Assembly (NCBI GenBank): GCA_965287045.1
Contig: OZ336874.1
Coordinates: 49,600,001 to 49,664,000 of the forward strand
From: Carcharhinus amblyrhynchos
Lineage: Eukaryota
Direction: 5' to 3'
Length of the DNA: 64,000 nt
This document shows positions 60,996 to 64,000 of this stretch, in pieces. Each line of letters starts with the position of its first letter. Position 1 is the first letter of the stretch. The notes under the pieces were generated by a model. It was not told where the DNA came from. It was given only the letters and a program-made list of their open reading frames with translations, and made no database searches. A program made the position numbers and the translations under genes.

Positions 60996-62125
60996 GAACA
61001 TAGAGCAACATAGAAAAATTACAGCACAAACAGGCCCTTTGGCCCACAAGTTGAGCTGATCATATCCCTCCCTACTAGGCATACCTATAACCCTCAATCC
61101 TATTAAGTCCCATGTACTCATCCAGAAGTCTCTTAAGACCCTATTGAATTTGCCTCCACCTCCACCACTGACAGCAGCCGATTCCACTCGCCCACCACCC
61201 TCTGAGTGAAAAACTTACCCCTGACATCTCCTCAGTACCTAGTCCCCAGCACCTTAAATCTGTGTCCTCTCGTAGCGACCATTTCAGCCCTGGGAAATAG
61301 CCTCTAAGAATCCACCCGATCTATACCTCTCAACATCTTATAAACCTCTATCAGGTCACCTCTCATCCTTTGTCTCTCCAGGGAGAAAAGACCGAGCTCC
61401 CTCAACCTATCCTCATCAGGCATACCACCCAATCCAGGCAACATCCTTTTAAATCTCCTCTGCACCCTTTGAATAGCTTCCACATCCCTTCTGTAATGAG
61501 GCGACCAGAACTGAGCACAGTACTCCAAGTGGGGTCTGACTAGGGTCTTATAAAGCTGCAGCATTATCTCCCGACTCCTAAACTCAATCCCTCGATTTGA
61601 TGAAGTCCAGTACACCATACACCTTCTTGACCACATCCTCAACCTGCAAGGCCGATTTTAAGAGTACAATGGACCTGGACCCCAAGATCCTTCTGAACGG
61701 CTACACTGCTAAGAGTCTTACCCTTGATATTATACTCCGTCATCCCATTTGACCTGCCAAAATGGACCACTACACATTTATCCGGGTTGAAGTCAATCTG
61801 CCACTTCTCTGCCCAGTCTTGCATCCTAATTATGTCACACTGCAACTTCTGACATCCATCTAGACTGTGCACAACACCACCAACCTTCATGTCATCGGCA
61901 AACTTACCAACCATTCCCTTCACTTCCTCATCTAGGTCATTTATGAAAATTACTAACAGCAAGGGTCCCAGAACAGATCTCTAGGGCACTCCACTGGTGA
62001 CCAACCTCCATGCAGAAAAAGATCCATCCACAATCACTCTCTGCCTTCTGCAGGCAAGCCAGTTCTAGGTCCACAAGGCAACAGCCCCTTGGATCCCATG
62101 CCCTCTCACTTTCTCGAGAAGTCTT
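60996..62125 (-). mobile_element. CR1 RT and 3' fragment (tail-to-tail with the preceding copy)
   Basis: FINDLDE...KFADDMK and [21 protein letters not shown]. Confidence 0.9.
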
Positions 62126-62705
62126 GAGAAAGACTCTCAGTAATTACTATGAATATATTACTATGAATATTGTCATTTTATTAACAAAAGCAAAAAGATT
62201 TATTGCTGTTTGTCATATTGTTACCTCTGCCACTAAAAGTGGGTGGAGATAACCTTTGTTGTTAGTCAGTTTGTCTATTCCCATTCCAAATCTTTTTTTG
62301 CACCTAAGGTAGGCTTTTGCCTGTTTCCGTAGTTAGTTATTCCTGGAGCAGGTCACTAGTCTGTCACCAAAAGCTTATAGCTTGAGGGCCAACATTCCAC
62401 ATCAAACGTGGCTGACCAGGAGTCTCTCCCACTCCCACCAGCCATTGGCATGTTGGAAGGACATTGCAGCGTTTACATTCAACCTGTTTTGACTGCATTA
62501 TGAACATACCTTCTGTTTGTCTCTAAACAATATAAACTTAAACTAATGGGCAGATTTCAATGAAACTTGGTACACAGATAAAGAGATGGCCCTAGGAATA
62601 ACTAGTTAGTTTCTGGTGAAGGTGCAGATCCACATCCTGGACTATTTTAAAGGATCCATTAACTTGGGAGATAGAGCAAAATAACTTTTTTTCTGAATAT
62701 TGTAG

Positions 62706-62824
62706 TTGTATTTGGAATGTTGCCGATTGTCTCCGCTGCTGTGGTGGAATTTGTCACATCTGTTAAAATGTGAACTGAGTTTTGAGAACAGGGTGTTGGA
62801 CATGGATTGGCAGAAGCCTCCCCA
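62706..62824 (+). other. Candidate exon (119 nt)
   Basis: ttttttctgaatattgtag| acceptor and CCA|gtgaga donor. Frame LYLECCRLSPLLWWNLSHLLKCELSFENRVLDMDWQKPP is in phase with 58704. Confidence 0.25.
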
Positions 62825-63316
62825 GTGAGATGGAAGCTCTTAAAATGATTTATTTTTTCAACTTTGTAGTTGCAGAGCATGAACCAGGTAGGGAAAAGCC
62901 TCAACAAAGAGTTGCTTAATTGTATTCCATTGAGTTAACACAGCAATAGCAGAAGTTTGTACTATATCGAATGCCTTATTCATTTGTTAACATGTACATT
63001 GGAAGTGATTAAAGTAACATTGTTTTTAATAATCGTTACCAAAAATGGAACTCTGGCAGATCTAACCATTTAGTAAAATTGACTATATAGTACAGATAAA
63101 AATTAATTGCCATTTTAAAACTTGTAGGTTTTAAAAATTCTTCAGAATAGGATTGATACCAATAGTAAAAATGTGGCCTAGAATTGTACACCAAAATTTT
63201 ATACAACATTAGTGCCTTACCAAAGCACAGAACTTGCAATAAATGCACCTGTAACTATAAAAATTAACATCTGAAGATATGCAACTAACATTTAGCACAA
63301 AATGTTTAAGAGAAAT

Positions 63317-63645
63317 GGGCAGCATCGTGGCACAGTGATTAGCACTGCTGCTTTACATAGCACCAGGGACCTGGGTTTAATTCCTGCCTTGAGTGACTGT
63401 GTGAGGTTTGCATGCTCTCTCTGTGTCTGCATGGGTTTCCTCTCACGGTATAAAGATGTACAGGTTAGGTGGATTGGTCATGCTAAATTTCCCCTTAGTG
63501 TCTCAAGATGTGTTGATGAGAGGGGAAAATGTGTGTGCTATGGGAATGGGGCAGGGGATGGGGCTGAAGTAAGATGCTCTATCAGAGAGTTAGCGCAGAC
63601 TTAATGGGTCAAATACCTGCCTTCTGCACTGTAGGGCTTCTGTAA
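63317..63645 (+). mobile_element. Full-length HE1 SINE
   Basis: gggcagcatcgtggcacagtgattagcactgctgc head and a ccttctgcactgtaggg tail. Confidence 0.85.
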
Positions 63646-63744
63646 AACAAAAATGTAATCACGGAAGCTCATTGATTCTTAATACACATCATTCTAATTC
63701 CATAAAAAGAAAAGAAAAAGCACGGTGCTGGTCTCAGTGAGGAA

Positions 63745-64000
63745 AAATATTTTTATACCTTCATGGCATGTGGGCGTCACTGCCAAGACAAGCACTTATT
63801 GCCCATCTCTAATTTGCCTTGAGAAGGTGGTGGTGAACTGTCTTCTTGAACTGTTGACTCTGTGGTGAAGGTACTCCTACAAGGGTGAGATTTTTGATTC
63901 AAAATGGCTCCTGGTAAGCAAGTGTAGCTCAGCAAGCATACAGGTGATTGGAAGACAGGACTTGGTGTGAGTTATTATACAGATAGCATAGGTTTGGATG
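63745..64000 (-). mobile_element. LINE 3' end (family of 54845), running off the window
   Basis: cttattgcccatctctaatttgccttgagaaggtggtggtgaactgtcttcttgaac. Confidence 0.75.

Noticed and set aside
19038-62824. Naming the candidate gene (CatSper auxiliary subunit, dynein heavy chain and MAP10 were considered)
   Set aside because: Only 3-6 residue resemblances (LGFP, GCP, NARRW, LELH) with no colinear similarity.

Overview
Eukaryotic, vertebrate-type genomic DNA, most likely from an elasmobranch (shark). The inference rests on HE1/V-SINEs, SacSINE1/AmnSINE1-like DeuSINEs, many CR1 LINEs, and Rex1, Tx1, Penelope, Gypsy and Harbinger remnants, all recognised by eye. There is no CRISPR array or prokaryotic operon. 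One protein-coding gene is clear: a very GC-rich, unusually short NFIL3/E4BP4-family bZIP gene with an intronless CDS (4727/4826-5284), followed by a ~43-bp minisatellite. A housekeeping-type promoter candidate at ~10.6-10.8 kb is followed by a series of plus-strand exon-like segments (12.3-62.8 kb). I could not name their product. Several carry in-frame stops, so this may be an uncharacterised or decaying gene. Other notable items: Penelope-derived minimal hammerhead ribozyme motifs (two with intact cores, one inside a 300-bp palindrome), a near-identical inverted CR1 pair flanking a candidate exon, a 52-bp hAT mini-element, a clean solo LTR, and nested insertions with readable TSDs. Repeat boundaries are approximate unless TSDs are quoted. 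I found no firm evidence of a wholly new biological system.
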